This document shows, in pieces, positions 1 to 13,552 of a DNA stretch of 64,000 nucleotides. Within the stretch, counting starts at the first letter, position 1; the number at the start of each line of letters is the position of its first letter. The stretch lies in the NCBI RefSeq assembly GCF_037042905.1, contig NC_087251.1:26414001-26478000 (forward strand). Direction: 5' to 3'. The notes below the pieces were generated by a model. That model did no database searches. It saw only the letters and a program-made list of their open reading frames with translations, and had not been told where the DNA came from. The translations under genes and the position numbers were made by a program. Origin of the DNA: Lytechinus pictus (taxonomy: Eukaryota).

Positions 1-969
1 TGATGTAAAACACAGGTAGATGTAGAGACACAAAGATGTAGGTTTCAGCTTGGGATAATTTGTTCAGGATACCATACCATCAGATCGAACATTATTCAAA
101 CATAGAGCAAAAAGCAAGCATTTTACGGAACCTAAGGTCACATTTCAGGCTCAAGCAAAATTCATCTTCACTTGGGCTGGTAGAGATGGGCCCTGGGGTT
201 TCTTGAATCTCAAGATTGAGCAAACTAGGACTAATGGAGCACCAGCTACATTCACTACCTACAGCATCAAAGCATTATTACATGAATCATTGCTACATTG
301 TATTTATGTCCTTCATTTCTAAATATATTCATTTCAGGATTGATAAACTACTGTACATGGAAAATAAAGATTTTGGAAATTTGGTAACAATATTAATTCA
401 CATTAAAAAATAAACATTTTGTGTTTAATCACCTCTTGACACCATACTTACACTGTAACAGCAACGAGGATTATGAATAGAGGAAATAAAACGGGAACTC
501 CTATACAAAAATGCTTCTTTCAGCCCAATTTCAATCATTTGTCTGCCGACCTTGTCCTAAGTTGTCTGTCCTATATCCTATTTAAAGGGATACTTCTTCT
601 TGTATGTTCTTTTAAATTTTCTTATTCAAATCATAAAGGATTACAATTACCGGCAATGATTTGATAAATTCATTCAATAAGTTTTAATGGGTATGCATTC
701 ATTCAAATCAGGCAAATTTGTTTTCTGACTCAAAATGAATGTTTAAGTTTCACTAGACCTTTCCCATTTTATTTCTCATGAATTTCATCAACAGAAGCAT
801 TACCATTACCTACATATGTTTACGATGGGTACATCAAATAAGGACTAGTGATCGATACATGCAGGTCAGATGGCTTGCCCTATGGACCAATAAAATTTTA
901 CTTCAAAATTTTAAACAGCAATGGGGGGACATTTTTCATCAAACACTCAACAAAGTAGGGTGCGTTGTT

Positions 970-1125
970 ATTAATAATAATAATATTAATAAACAGTTCT
1001 TGTATAGCTCATTATCACATTATGATTTTAACGTGCTTCCAAAGGACTTGGATATTATTATCCCGGCTTTAGCTTCGCAGCTGTAATTACTTACAGCGCA
1101 CATGCATTTCAAGGAATTATAGTAC
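970..1125 (-). mobile_element. 3' fragment of a SINE/LINE with (TTA)n-like tail
   Basis: (TAA)n run followed by ttcttgtatagctcatt...ccaaaggacttgg, resembling the reverse complement of L2/CR1-dependent SINE tails. Confidence 0.4.
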
Positions 1126-2210
1126 CATGTAACCAATCGGCCTAAATAGCCAACAAGAGCGATAAAAATGGGAACTTTTTCAAAAACCGAGATTATTTGT
1201 TCACAAAATCCAAAAGTACATGTAGGCTAAAAAAGCATGATTTGTCATTATTCTTGCGATTCACAACTGAAAAATATATAAGCTTTCCTGATCTAGGTCA
1301 AAGTCATGGATGGGACATATATAGTTTTAAGGCTAAATTTAAATAGGTCAAGAAAGCCTATATTGGTACACATATCTTGAAGTCCACATAAACCAAGACA
1401 AAGGCTAGCATGAGGTAGCTTCCTTTTCTAGGCCAGCATACACGCAAGTAAGATTCTTTCTTTACTCCCTAATCTCCCTTGCAAAAGATCAAATGCTTAT
1501 CCAGGAACTCGATAATCGGGCCTCCAAACTCTCTCGATTTCCGCTCACCCGGCAAAATTTAGAACGTCTCTTCACAGGTTTGGCTAGAAATCAAGAGCGC
1601 GGCACAGGATGTTTCGACTTGTACATTATCATTGGCTGTCACAAAAGATTTCCTTTCTAATTATCAAGTGTACTATGGCTATCCTGACGTGGTCTCTAAT
1701 ATGAGCGTCTTTCTATTCCCCTTTATTTCCATGAGTTTGATGATTTCTGGTATGAAGAGGAGGAAAATGGTATCGCAGATAGAAATATCCACGCACCACA
1801 ATATCAGAAAGACACAATCGGTTAAAAGATAAAAACTAGATAATATTCAGAGAAAAATACTGAAATATAACTTAAATTTAAACCCTGAAATGACAAACAA
1901 AACACCACACAAAGAGTATTGTATCAATCAAAAGATGGAGAAAAAAAATTATGAGTAAATTGAAGATGAAAGTATAAATGTACATCTGACCTTTTGAAGA
2001 GACAAACATACTAGTATGATCCATGATCCAACAGCATACTGTATGCACGTGCATTTATACATGTGGCATTCTTGCTTAAAATATAAATTTATCTTCGTAT
2101 TCTAAGTAAAGAAATCTTTGTGAAACATACGGCAATGCATGATGAGTAATTCAGGACTATACAGGGTGGCAGTGGCATCATTGCATCAGGGAGTTGAGAG
2201 TACTCCCTGA

Positions 2211-2587
2211 CCCGGGGGGGGGGGGGGGGGGGGGGGGCAGTCAAATGTGTGATCAAATTATTTCCAAACACCCCCTAAACAAGTTTTTCTCTGTGTGCTA
2301 AATAACACATTTATTTACACATTTTAGCCCCTAACAAGTTTTGCCTACTTGCTAACAATAAGCTTAAATAGACAAACCTCTATTCATGAGTATTGCATGC
2401 CCCAAGTGCAGTGATAGGGTTAAAATACCACAATCGGGAAGAACCCAAACACTTTTCAGAAACGAGGAGGAAAAAGCTTGGGGGAAAAAACATCCCTTTA
2501 TAAAACATTTTTTTGGGGGGTCACGCATGTGTACAGCAATATATTTGACTGCCCCGACCCCACCCCCACCCCCCCCCCCCCCCCGGG
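2211..2587. mobile_element. MITE with CCCGGG(G)n termini and 8-bp TSD
   Basis: TIR cccggg(G)n-cagtcaaat ... atttgactg-(C)n-cccggg; flanks ctccctga / caccctga (1 mismatch). A truncated relative lies at ~23040-23195. Confidence 0.85.
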
Positions 2588-2839
2588 CACCCTGATCGCA
2601 TATTGCCTTTAAAATGAGAACACTACTAAAGCAAACCGATCAATGCATTGAATGAGACCTCTCTCAAGACTGATAAACGAGGTACATGTACATGAATCAC
2701 GAGAGTGTTGTTATCGTTATCATTCTTTGATATATATGTCAGTAAGCAATACAAGAGATCTCCTGCCTCCTGATAAGAAATATAACCAGGCATCAAACCA
2801 AAAGTGAGAGTTATGATTTCTATCCTACTTAGTAAAAGG

Positions 2840-3243
2840 GGTTTATTTCCAATTCGTCCAAGTTGCCAACTCGTCTACTATCATTTGGTCTACCATCAGT
2901 TCATCCACTCACCACATGGTCTACTTTCATTTAGTCTCATGACATTCCGTCTAATAACCAGTTGTTCCAATAGCCATTTAGTCCATATACCATTTGGTCT
3001 AATTAAACTGAAGTGTTAATTGTGAAAAATGAATGAAAAGAAAATGGGTATTAGACCAACTGGTTATTAGACAAAATGGTAATAGACGAACTGGTGATTA
3101 GATGAAGTGTCGATTGGACCAAATGGTTATTGGACCAAATGGTTGTTAGACGAAATGTTGATGGACGGAATGGCATTAGACTAAATGAAGGTAGACCATG
3201 TGGTGAATGGACGAGTTGGCAGTGAACGAATTGGCAATTTATA
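2840..3243. mobile_element. MITE built from mirrored ~20-bp subterminal repeats
   Basis: ccaattcgtccaagttgccaactcgtc ... gacgagttggcagtgaacgaattgg; internal ttggtcta / tagaccaa repeats are inverted about an AT-rich centre. Confidence 0.75.
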
Positions 3244-3835
3244 AGGTTTATGATGATACCAAGGAGATAGAGTGATATCTCCTTGATGATACACAGCGAA
3301 CACAATGCGCAAATAGAAAATATGTCACAACTTGCCTTTTGGACCCATGAATCTCAAGAGAAACTATGCATTGATATAAATATATCTACGTCAGTCCTCT
3401 TGTATACATGTATACAAACACGCTTGTCATGTCTGTCTGGGCAGTCAGGCTAAGTATTGGAAAAGGATCCTTAAAATTAACTGTAAGGGTGCATCTATCC
3501 ACAGGGGCTCTCTCAATTTTAGTGCTGATTCCGATACATGTACACTTGTTGTTATTGATTTAAAATCATAAGTCCTGCCTGAGTCATGTAGTTCTGTGTA
3601 TTAATGTCCTTATGGTGTTAATTATTCATATAGTAACACTCTAATATATAAGTAGTCTAATATACCCAAGCAATTCTTCTATTGCAGTTATGAGCATTCA
3701 ATAAATGTGACTCAGTTGAATCACAAATATATTATGGACACGCTTTACATCTTCAGGTGATAGAATCGTGACTATTTTTCATGAAAATTGATCCGATACT
3801 TTAACTGATACATACTGTATGTAGGTTGTTACAAC

Positions 3836-4039
3836 CTGTACTTTGCAGCCTGTCTCTGAATTCTGCTTTCCTTTGGCTGTGTATGGAGAGCAACTGCTAC
3901 CCAATATATTGGACATGAATCGTGAAATATCACACCGTATGAACACAGCCACTGACAGACACCCTGTTTGTTTCCACAGACTTTCTGCTTGTCAAAATGT
4001 TTATGACATAAACTGGTGCAGAGGTGAAACATTGACATC
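3836..4039 (-). other. Candidate 204-nt exon of the minus-strand gene
   Basis: Acceptor tgtatctAG, donor CAG|GTTGT, one frame open throughout (MSMFHLC...QAAKYR), length divisible by 3. No recognisable domain. Confidence 0.25.
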
Positions 4040-6404
4040 CTAGATACAGATTACAGATCTCATATTCAAAACACAAAGGGAAGACAGATTACCTGCATTG
4101 AAATCTATAGGCCTACATGTATGTTACTGTACATACAGATACACAGGCCTACTTCCAAGAAAAAAAGTAAACTTGATTTTGTATTGATGTCTTGCAATGC
4201 TTTGCACATTACATGTTTAATGATTGTATCAGCATATTTCAAGAAAACAGACTTCCTTTTAATAGACATAGTGAAAGCAATGCACACACATACTTGAATG
4301 GTAGTTGATGCATGATGCTTTCGGTCATAAATGCAGAGTATAGACAACCCTTTACAATGTATGTATTTCTTCAATACTGAAACTCAAATTTCATCGGATT
4401 GATAAACATGTACGTGTACTTTCATTGTCAAAACAACAACACTGATGTCATGAAACTATCATCTTCAAACCTATTCACAAATTTCACTTCCTGCTTTAAT
4501 ACTTCAATTTCAGAGAGTGAGTTTAGTCCTACATGTAGTTCTATGATCTTTTAAAGGGTTGCAATCAATCACTAATTATGCAATGATCAATAAGGCCATG
4601 GTTGCAATGTATTGTGTTCAAAATGATGACCATACACTAAGATCAGAATTTTTTACTTTCTTTGAAATTGCCAAAGTGAAAATGACTTGATGCAATTTTG
4701 GAGAGAGTAAAAACTCCATAAGCACTGCATATAACAATGGAGAATGGATTGGGAGAGACTATGTAGGCCCCTACACTTTTTTTTTACATATTTATTTTAG
4801 CTGTCATTTATCATAATTTGAATTAGATTGAATTTTAAGAGCATTTTTTTTTTACAAAGGACCATTTTCTTATGATACTCTCCAAATATATCTTCAAAAA
4901 TTCGGAAAGGTCACTATTTTTCTCTATCTTGCCCCAAACTGATGGGACATTCCATCCAATAAATTGAAATACATTGTTCATGAAGTTTTGTAATCAAACA
5001 ATTCATCCTTCTAAGATATGATTCGAGTCAATAGAGAAACAAGGTTAGAGCTGGAAATTTGGAAAGTACCTTTGGCCCTGATGTAAGCAACATCTTGATA
5101 TATCATCCAATCACCTCAGAGTCATAGTTTATCCCTTAATCCACTGACCAAATCTAAAGTACATTTGACATTTACATGTACCTACAGTTCCGTCTTACAC
5201 ATAAATAAAGGAAGAGCAAAAGTAGGGGTCAGATATTCTACAATTCATCACTTGCATATTTTAAAGGTACACAGTAATGTTGCAAAATGTTGAGAAAATA
5301 CATTCTTAAAATATAATGTCCATCTGTAAAATTTCTCTCCTACATAACTCTTTCCAGACTATTTTGTTTTGGGGGGAGAGGGGGACAATCTGCAAAATAA
5401 TATACATATGCAGTTATGCACTACATGTATATAAAATAAATATACCCTTTTGTTTTCACATTGAAAACGTAAGACCAAATCTTGCTTCGTGAGGGAAATT
5501 ATCCAATTCTATTGATTCAAACATAAAAAAAATTGAATGTGAATTAAGAAGAAAAAAATAAAGTAATGTTAAATTTATTTGGAAGGTAAATGTTAATACA
5601 AGAAAGACATTTTCCACTGGAATTGATGGTACAAAAATTACACCAATTATAGAATATTTTTAATTTTGTCACAACAAATAATCATGTTCTCTTCGACTAT
5701 TCATGGTTTTCCCAACACATCTTGGATTCAACCTGGTGGCAATATTTCCAGCTTAATTTTGTTTACGGAATTTTAAGTGGTTCTGCCCAAGACAAATCTA
5801 TTCAATTCACCCCCATTAGGCCATAACACCATATTCCTATCATTCAGAATTCTGAGATTTTGCCAAATTCACACTTGTCCCTCTTTCTTTGCTACTTTGA
5901 AAGCGGAAACCCCACGAGGGTGGAGGACAAAACCAAAGGGACTCTGAAGAAAGGACAATAGGGACAAAACCACTGGTCGTGTCCATTACACTCTATTCTG
6001 AGTCATTTAGAAAATACAGTAGTCTGCCCCCATGAGCAACCAAAAGAAAGGACCATTGTTGCATGTGCAAGTTGATAAGTTCAATTCAATCTTTGTTCAA
6101 TCTCCACATTTTTAAACTACGGTTTTAGAAGTTTAGTTCAAATTATTTTTACAATGGTTGTAAGAAATCAAAGTTTTTTAAACATCTATGAAACACTGAA
6201 AAGATGCGTTTTGAAAGAAGATTCTTCAAAACCATGGACTTTAGACAATCGTTTCAACACAAACCCCCCAAAAAATCTTAATCATAATTACATTACGGGA
6301 AATTCTGTCAGACATGCTTTACGACTTTTGCGTACACTCAAACTTGACCTTTACTTCCCAGTTCAAAGCCCACTGATCCATGATGTGCAGTGGATGGACT
6401 TTAA

Positions 6405-6999
6405 AGGGGAATCCAACCCAAATAAAAACTTGTTTTTATAAGGAAAAGAAAAATCAGACAGGTAAATAGGTGAAAGTTTGAACAATATTGGACAAACAAC
6501 AAGAAAGTTATGAATTTTTTAAAGTTGTACATATTGGTAATCACTATACCCATGGAGACTTCAAATTGGCCGCATATGGGATGCCATAGTGATGTAAGGC
6601 AAGGACTTCTCTTCCATGTACTCCAATACATATTATGGCTAAAATGTCATTTTTCCCAAAAGTGTTATTTCAAATTATATTTTTCTTTCATGAGGACATT
6701 AAACAATATACTACCTGGGTTATATTTAGATTACTGCCCCAGGGGAATGGGTACTTAGGAGAAAACCACAAATCCCTGATAATAAAGTACATGGCCTATG
6801 GGAAAGTTGTCCTTGCCCCTTGTCATAATTTACTTACCCAGTTGCCAATTTGAAATCTACATAGTATTAGTGATCTCAATTTCAAAGCAGCTATAACTTT
6901 CTTATTGCTTGTCCGATTTCTTTCAAACTTTCACCATTCTGTTTAATTTATTTTTCTCCTTCCAAACACAATATTTAATGGCCAAGGCTGGATTCCCCT
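6405..6999. mobile_element. Kolobok-like non-autonomous DNA transposon (TTAA TSD)
   Basis: TTAA|AGGGGAATCCAACC ... GGCTGGATTCCCCT|TTAA. Confidence 0.85.
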
Positions 7000-8306
7000 T
7001 TAAGAGGAATGATGACAAATTAATTCAATGTTACTCCCACTGTAACTATTTGGTGTTCACGTGTAGTATTTGTGATTCACAGCTACCGGTACATACATAG
7101 CTTAAAATCGATTGAACACACCTCAAGTTAAACTACCAAGGTAGTACAGTGTACCTCGTAAATTTGTTACAGGCACATTCTAGAGAAGCAAAGAAGAGAA
7201 AAGGGCTACAAATATTTGTACTAAGGTGCAATGTACACATAGACATTTTTACTGGGGTTGGAAGAGATACAAATTATCCAACCAATTGCTTTACAACTTC
7301 ACAAGTTTGAGGGAGCAGAAACACAATTAATGCGCAAGGTCTAAATCTGGAAACAAGTACAACAAGAGGTTTTGTAACCCAGTTCATATATTAAATAATC
7401 AAATTGATTTGTCTCCGCATTACTTTATTTCTAACAACTGAACGACTCTATTTTCTACAATAATATTACAAACAATGACAAAATTAGAGGGCCGTGGCTC
7501 TCAATGTCTTCAATGTCTTTGTGTGATAAACTGATATGTATTCATACAGAGCCAGGTACAATGTACTTTGGCAATTTCTGGTTTGTATACTATGTAAATG
7601 TACATTACCATGTACATGTGTAGAAAGGACTGTGTTTGTAATGGTATCGCAAAAAAAAAAAAACAGCGCGCCTGAGGTACATGTAAGCTTAGGTACATGT
7701 AGGTAAAGTTAGGATCACCCTGCTCTTTACTTGATCATTGCTGGTTAAACACATACATGTCGGCTCTACAAATAAAACTTGAGACTTGGGCGTCCAAAAT
7801 ATAAATTTCATTAATCTTGAAAATATTTTGAGGATTCAATTGTTTTTTAATGAGCTTATGATAGGCCTGTACATGTACAATGTATATTTTCATATTTCAA
7901 TCAGGCTAATTTCACATCGGGGGGGGGGGGGGGGGGGGGTGGGGGGCATTGCAATCTTGGACCCAACTCGTTTCAAAACAAAACCATATCACAACACAAA
8001 AAGATAATTACCAAATGTAGGCTTACATGTACATACTTTATATCAGAACTTATTGTTACCTATATTATACTGAGCAAATAAACATACAGCATTTCACATA
8101 CGTGTACATGTACAAGTAGGCTACCTTTAATTTACCTTTCCTGTTCTACATGTACATTAGCAATCTATGCATTCCAAGGCCTTGTATGGTGACAGTCCTA
8201 CATGTACATGTATTTCCATACAAATAAAACTGAAATGTCTACATGTACATGTCCATTACAAATACTACCGTATACTGCCATTCCACAAAAGTTAGATGAG
8301 GGTTAC

Positions 8307-8724
8307 ATGAAACTGATCCAAAACAGTATTCCAAACAAAAAGCACCGCACAGTCCATGCCCTGTTCCTCATGACTAAAGACACCGTGGTGGAAATGGCCT
8401 GACGTCCAGTCATAAAAACCCAATAACATGACGAGTTCACTGGTCGTGTCTATACAGATTCGAGAGCCGCTGAGCAGAAATCAATAGACTCCCATTCACG
8501 GGACCTAGCCAAGCTTTTCGTGGACGTTCAGGATTAGCATTCCAGAGTGTCATGCCCCTGGGCGGCCTGATGGTTTCCTTTCTTTGGGGCTGGTCTGTCT
8601 TTAGTGGTGTACCTTTTGCCAAAAACAGCCAGAAGTCTGCCTTGTCAACAAAAGTTCATCAGTTCATTTATCTCTGATACTATGTGAAGATGAGATCAAC
8701 GGAGTCCATGCTCTGACTGGAAAA
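8307..8724 (-). other. Candidate exon of the minus-strand gene (UTR-like, possibly ending in a hydrophobic N-terminus)
   Basis: Unique, GC-elevated block with acceptor ttttttggcttcAG at 8725. It ends in ORF MTGRQAISTTVSLVMRNRAWTVRCFLFGILFWISF, with only a weak donor (AT|GTAACC). Confidence 0.3.
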
Positions 8725-8826
8725 CTGAAGCCAAAAAATGTAATTAACCCTCAGTCATGCAGTCCAAACAAAATTTTGGATCATACCTATAGGCCTACAG
8801 TATGGACTGTTGTTAGTACATGTATA

Positions 8827-9339
8827 CCCTTTTTACACACGCTAACATTTCCTTAACCCCGTACTATAGGTGGGGCTAAATTGCCATTTAGCCCCACCTA
8901 TAGTACGGGGTTAAGCTTAGCCCACTTTCTTTTTACACAGCATTTTTGCAAAGTGGGCTAACCCCACCTTTAGTACGGGATTATTTGGCCCTGCAAAATA
9001 GCAGGGTTATCCCAGCAATTGCGGTGCTAAGAGCGATAGTACGGGGTTAAGATCGCTAGTGTAAAACGAAAGTGGGCTAAATTTAGCCCCACCTATAGTA
9101 CGGGGTTAAGGAAATTTTAGCGTGTGTAAAAAGGAATGAACCCTCAGTGTGCTCGTGAATATTCATGAGCTACCACTAGTCCGGGGTTAGCGAGATTCGT
9201 GTGTGAAAAGCAAGCATTCCTTATCCGGGGTTAGCAATAACGATTTGGCATGTGTGAAAAGGAAAAAAGATAGTACGGGGTTAAGGATAGTACGGGGTTA
9301 GCGATAGTCCGGGGTTAAGAAAATCCTGTGTAAAAAGGG
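8827..9339. mobile_element. MITE with TA flanks and many internal TAGTACGGGGTTAAG repeats
   Basis: TA|CCCTTTTTACAC ... GTGTAAAAAGGG|TA; about 10 copies of tagt(a/c)cggggtta; internal hairpin around 8850-8915. Confidence 0.85.
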
Positions 9340-10276
9340 TAGTAGGGGACCAAAAGCAATGCATCATCTAAGCTCTTGGGAACTTTGTAATGAAGAAGAA
9401 TACCTAAAGGGCATTACAACATCAAATAAGTATTCCTGGGAGTTGAGGTCTACTGCTTAACCATTAGGCTTGTAATCCTTAAATTTTGCTTATTCTTATT
9501 ATATATTGTATGATTTTCACAAAATAAACAGCTTCGGTTAAATAAACATGTTTGACTTTTCACTATAAAAAAACAACAGACATAAGTACTCTACAGAGTT
9601 GAAATAACGGTCTGAAGCTCATTTCGTCCCTGGTGTGATCATCAAGGAGATTCTATTTTTTCTGATCACGTTTCTAATCACAACAGGAATTCCTGGACCA
9701 ATCTGAATCAATATGGAACTAAATTCCAAGCAAAAATCGAAACTGCCTCCTGATATTCCATGCTGCTTGCCTGGGCTTGCCTGGATTGTCTTTCACTTGT
9801 GACCTTTGACCTTGGATTCAATTATACAGCAATGTCAAGCCCACTGCTGGGATAGTTCATACCCCTTATTTTGGAATCAGTGTGGGAGCATTAACGTCTT
9901 ACCCAAACAGTCGTGAGCAATGTCTTTACTTGCATTTATCCTGAATGATTTCTTGATATGACTATGAGCATATGAGAAAGAAGCATTGTAAAGAAAACCA
10001 GTTTGAAATAATAATTCATTTGCATTTGCAATGTTTGTTCATTCTTTATATTCAGATTTTAGGAAAAAATCAATAAAATATTGGGGAAGTGACATGCTTG
10101 AAGGGTTGCGACTATCCAAAATCTTCACAAAATTGCATGCATGCATCGTTTATTCATACTCTTCTCACAGAGCAAAGATGGGTTTAGACTATATAACTAT
10201 GCATTTGTTTGCTTTTGTTCTTCATAATCTGCCTTTAATATCCACTTCCATCTTCTCTTCAGCTTGAGAGAGAAAA

Positions 10277-11169
10277 GGTGGTGCTGCACCATCCCGAGTT
10301 TGCTCAATCTCGAGATTTTAGCCCGATCGGCCCACTTCGCGATTAATCTCGAGATTCAAGAAACCCCGTCTCCACCATCGCAAGAAGAGCGATTCCTGCT
10401 CGAGCGAGGCAACAAGCCCGATGTTACGAGCATGCGCACTTTCGGCTCTTGGAGTTTCAACGGCCCGCGCTTTTGAATAACTTCCCGCGATATGCAAGCA
10501 ATGTACTCCTTTCACTAGCACTTTCGCCGAATTCGACCGGTGTTATGCAACAATCCTCTCAGCTCAGCGAGTGAAGAAGTGATGTATTCTTGGTTAAATA
10601 TGATGGCGGAGTAGGAGGCAACGACAGAGACAGAGAGAGAGAGAGAGAGAGAAGGAGGAAAGAAATGCTATTTGCTCACATTTTGCGAAGGAATAAGACA
10701 ACACTGCTGTCAGTGTTGTTATTGAATATGACCATCGTCGATGAGCGCCTCCCCCTTCGGTCTGGTCTCTCCCAAAATCCATTCACTGGTAGGACACCAT
10801 CGTTGCTTATTAGGCAATTGATGAACGCTATTCGCATGTATAAAGTTGACTTTCGCACGTGTTTATGTTTTGACCAAGGCGGAAGTGGAACGCGAAGTGC
10901 ATTATGGACTGACGTCATGAATAAATTACCCCGAGTCCAATCTCGAGTGCGTCTGCACCGACGAATTAGCGGGATAATTCGTAAAATAGCGCGCTATTTT
11001 GCAAATAAACCCGAGTTGACTTGGGATTGCAATCTCGAGATTAATCCTACGAACTAGCGCGATAATTGCGTCTCCACCGCCAACTATCTCGAGATTTTTC
11101 AGATCGGGATAATTTGCCGGATCAGAAATAGCGCGCTAATTTGAAAACTCCGGATGGTGCAGACGGCCC
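10277..11169. mobile_element. PIF/Harbinger-like non-autonomous element (GC-rich)
   Basis: Imperfect TIR ggtggtgctgcaccatcccgagttt ... aaaactccggatggtgcagacggccc; repeated atctcgagat motifs; internal (GA)n. Confidence 0.7.
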
Positions 11170-13552
11170 TATAGGAAGGTGGAATATAACATCCATCCCC
11201 TTCAAGTTTGTTAGTGCTGGAAACACTAAGCAGAATCAACCCGAAAGTGATTGGCAGACATTCTTGGAAGGAAATTACAAATAGCACTGTAGTTTAAGCA
11301 GGGATGTAAAATTTTGTCTTTCAAAATGTCAATCTTGTTTGCAAAAGGCTCAAAGACATGGTCTTACAGGAAGGCCAAGAAGATAGGTTTCATGTGATGC
11401 TGGAAAAATCTATTCCGAAAATGACGTCACATGCAAAATAAGACAAGTTTTGATGAATGTTAGGTTGCATTCAAGAAACATGATTTTCAAAAATGTTCTG
11501 TTCAAACAATAATTATATTCAGAGTTTCAGACAGTCATACAAACTTCTATAGTCATGAAACACAGATATTTGAAAGGCAATTCTGAAGAACTAAAGTAAT
11601 TTTAGAGAAAATGCTTGAATGAAATGGTTCAAGAGTCTTATGAAAACTTTTTCTGGTTTGGACTACATGTTTATCATGTACAATCCTTGTTGAGGGAGGG
11701 CTTGAAATGAGGGAGAGTCGGTATAGATAAAAAGTCACTTGAATGCTATATGCAGCCTGCACTGACATTGTTTTGTATTTTTGTTTGTGATGACTACATA
11801 ACTCCAGAACATTGATTGAACATGCTACAAAACTAAAGAAGGTCAGATAAAGTTACCTTGTGACCAGACACTAAGTGACAAGTTAGTTCTTTTTAATCTT
11901 CCCATTAGCAAAGAACTTGCTGAAAATAATTTGACTTTCTAGCAACAGATCATGAGATGGATGTAAAACCATCAAGAAGAATCTTGACATTTAGGTTGCG
12001 AGAAGAAATCCTGTATGGATTATGGTGTCAGACACCCTTGAAGCAGAAACGGCACGGAACCACCACCAACTCTGGCGAAACTCATCCCGCCGCCAGATGG
12101 CTAATGACTGGATACAAGACAACATGGCCTACTTTAATGAAACCGTTATCTCATCTAATTACAGTAAATTGGCAATGCCACTGTTAAGTGTGGTGTTGCC
12201 AGAGTTTCAGCTACTGGATATGGGCATGAGTCATAATTTCATCAAAATGAAAAAAAGGTGATAGTGTCCCTGAAAGAGGAGACATGTTATTCCCATCTGA
12301 GAGCACATGTTAGGTGATAACTGTCTTCAAGATATCATATGGGCAATGATGTCTCTTTCTGATATTTTGACAGGCTTGTCATGACAAATATTCTTACTTC
12401 GGAGAGGAACATGACTAGGGAGAAGTGGAATGCAATCATATGTGTCAGTTGTCATAAATGTCATAATTTTCACTAGCATGCTGTTTATATAAGAGGTTGT
12501 TGTCTCCATTAAAAAAAAATCTGTATTTGACTGTGCTTAACAGGTTCAAATTATGAAAATGATTGAACAGCAATAACCCACTCCTGTTCTCCTGCCTCCC
12601 CCAACCCTTTCCTTTCTCCATTTTTTTCCTTATTGATGCAACTTAAAAAAACATATAATGGGTTGAAAATAAAGAAACATTAGGGAGAGACCATGCTAAA
12701 TATTTTCAAATGTACATGGATATGCCTAATCCACATTTTTCGTAAATACATGTAACAAACAAAATTTTTGTAAAGATACATTATAAATGTTCACTAAACT
12801 TTTGGAAGGTTGGAATGCAAGATGATACACATAGTTGATAGCTGATACTCCAAACGGCTTAAAACGTAAACATAAAACACAAAAGAAAATCAGTTAAACC
12901 ATCTTCAAACATCCATGTCTTCAAATTATAAACCTTCCTTTGTGAATGCTGGACATCCCATCTAAAATTCATTTGTCTGAAGATCTTATGACTCATAATG
13001 AAACAAGCCCTTGAATACTACTTCATCCATACAAAGGACAAGGCATGAAACAATGGTGTCTTCATGGACACAAATCTTAATTTAAATAGGATTATTTTTT
13101 TCTAGACTGTGCAGCTTCCAGATTACATCCTCCTTAATACAAACCTCAAACACTATACAAGATGGATTATTCTTATAAGATTTTTAAAATAATTGTAGAA
13201 TTGATAACATAGCTCATGAGGGGAATACAACCCCAAGATAGATGTTTGAGGACAGAGCTTAAGGTCTAACCATTAAAAAGCTTAAGAGGATTTTACATGA
13301 TCTTAATTCAATATCTAATAATAGTAACAATGTTTCACCAAGGAATCACGTCATAGTAGTAGAATATATTCATGGTTTCGCAGATTTCTGTAATGCAAAA
13401 TCTTACTATAAAACTACATGTACAGTGTAGTACATGTAGACTATTAGCCTCCATCCTGTTATCAAACTTGTTCTGTATATTTTTGAAGATGTAATTTTCA
13501 ATAGCACTACATGTAGTACATGTAGCAGCATGATTATATTCAGTTCATGGCA

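Noticed and set aside
8850..9320. CRISPR-like appearance of short repeated motifs
   Set aside because: Irregular spacing, mixed orientation, enclosed by TIRs, eukaryotic context and no cas genes.
10590..11057. 155-aa ORF, the longest in the track
   Set aside because: Lies inside a Harbinger-like MITE, runs through a (GA)n repeat, starts at TTG, and has no recognisable domain.
11945..12120. Possible decayed RTE/LINE 3' end or plus-strand exon
   Set aside because: Only a vague resemblance (RWM... and ...LWR motifs) across broken frames; not supportable without a search.
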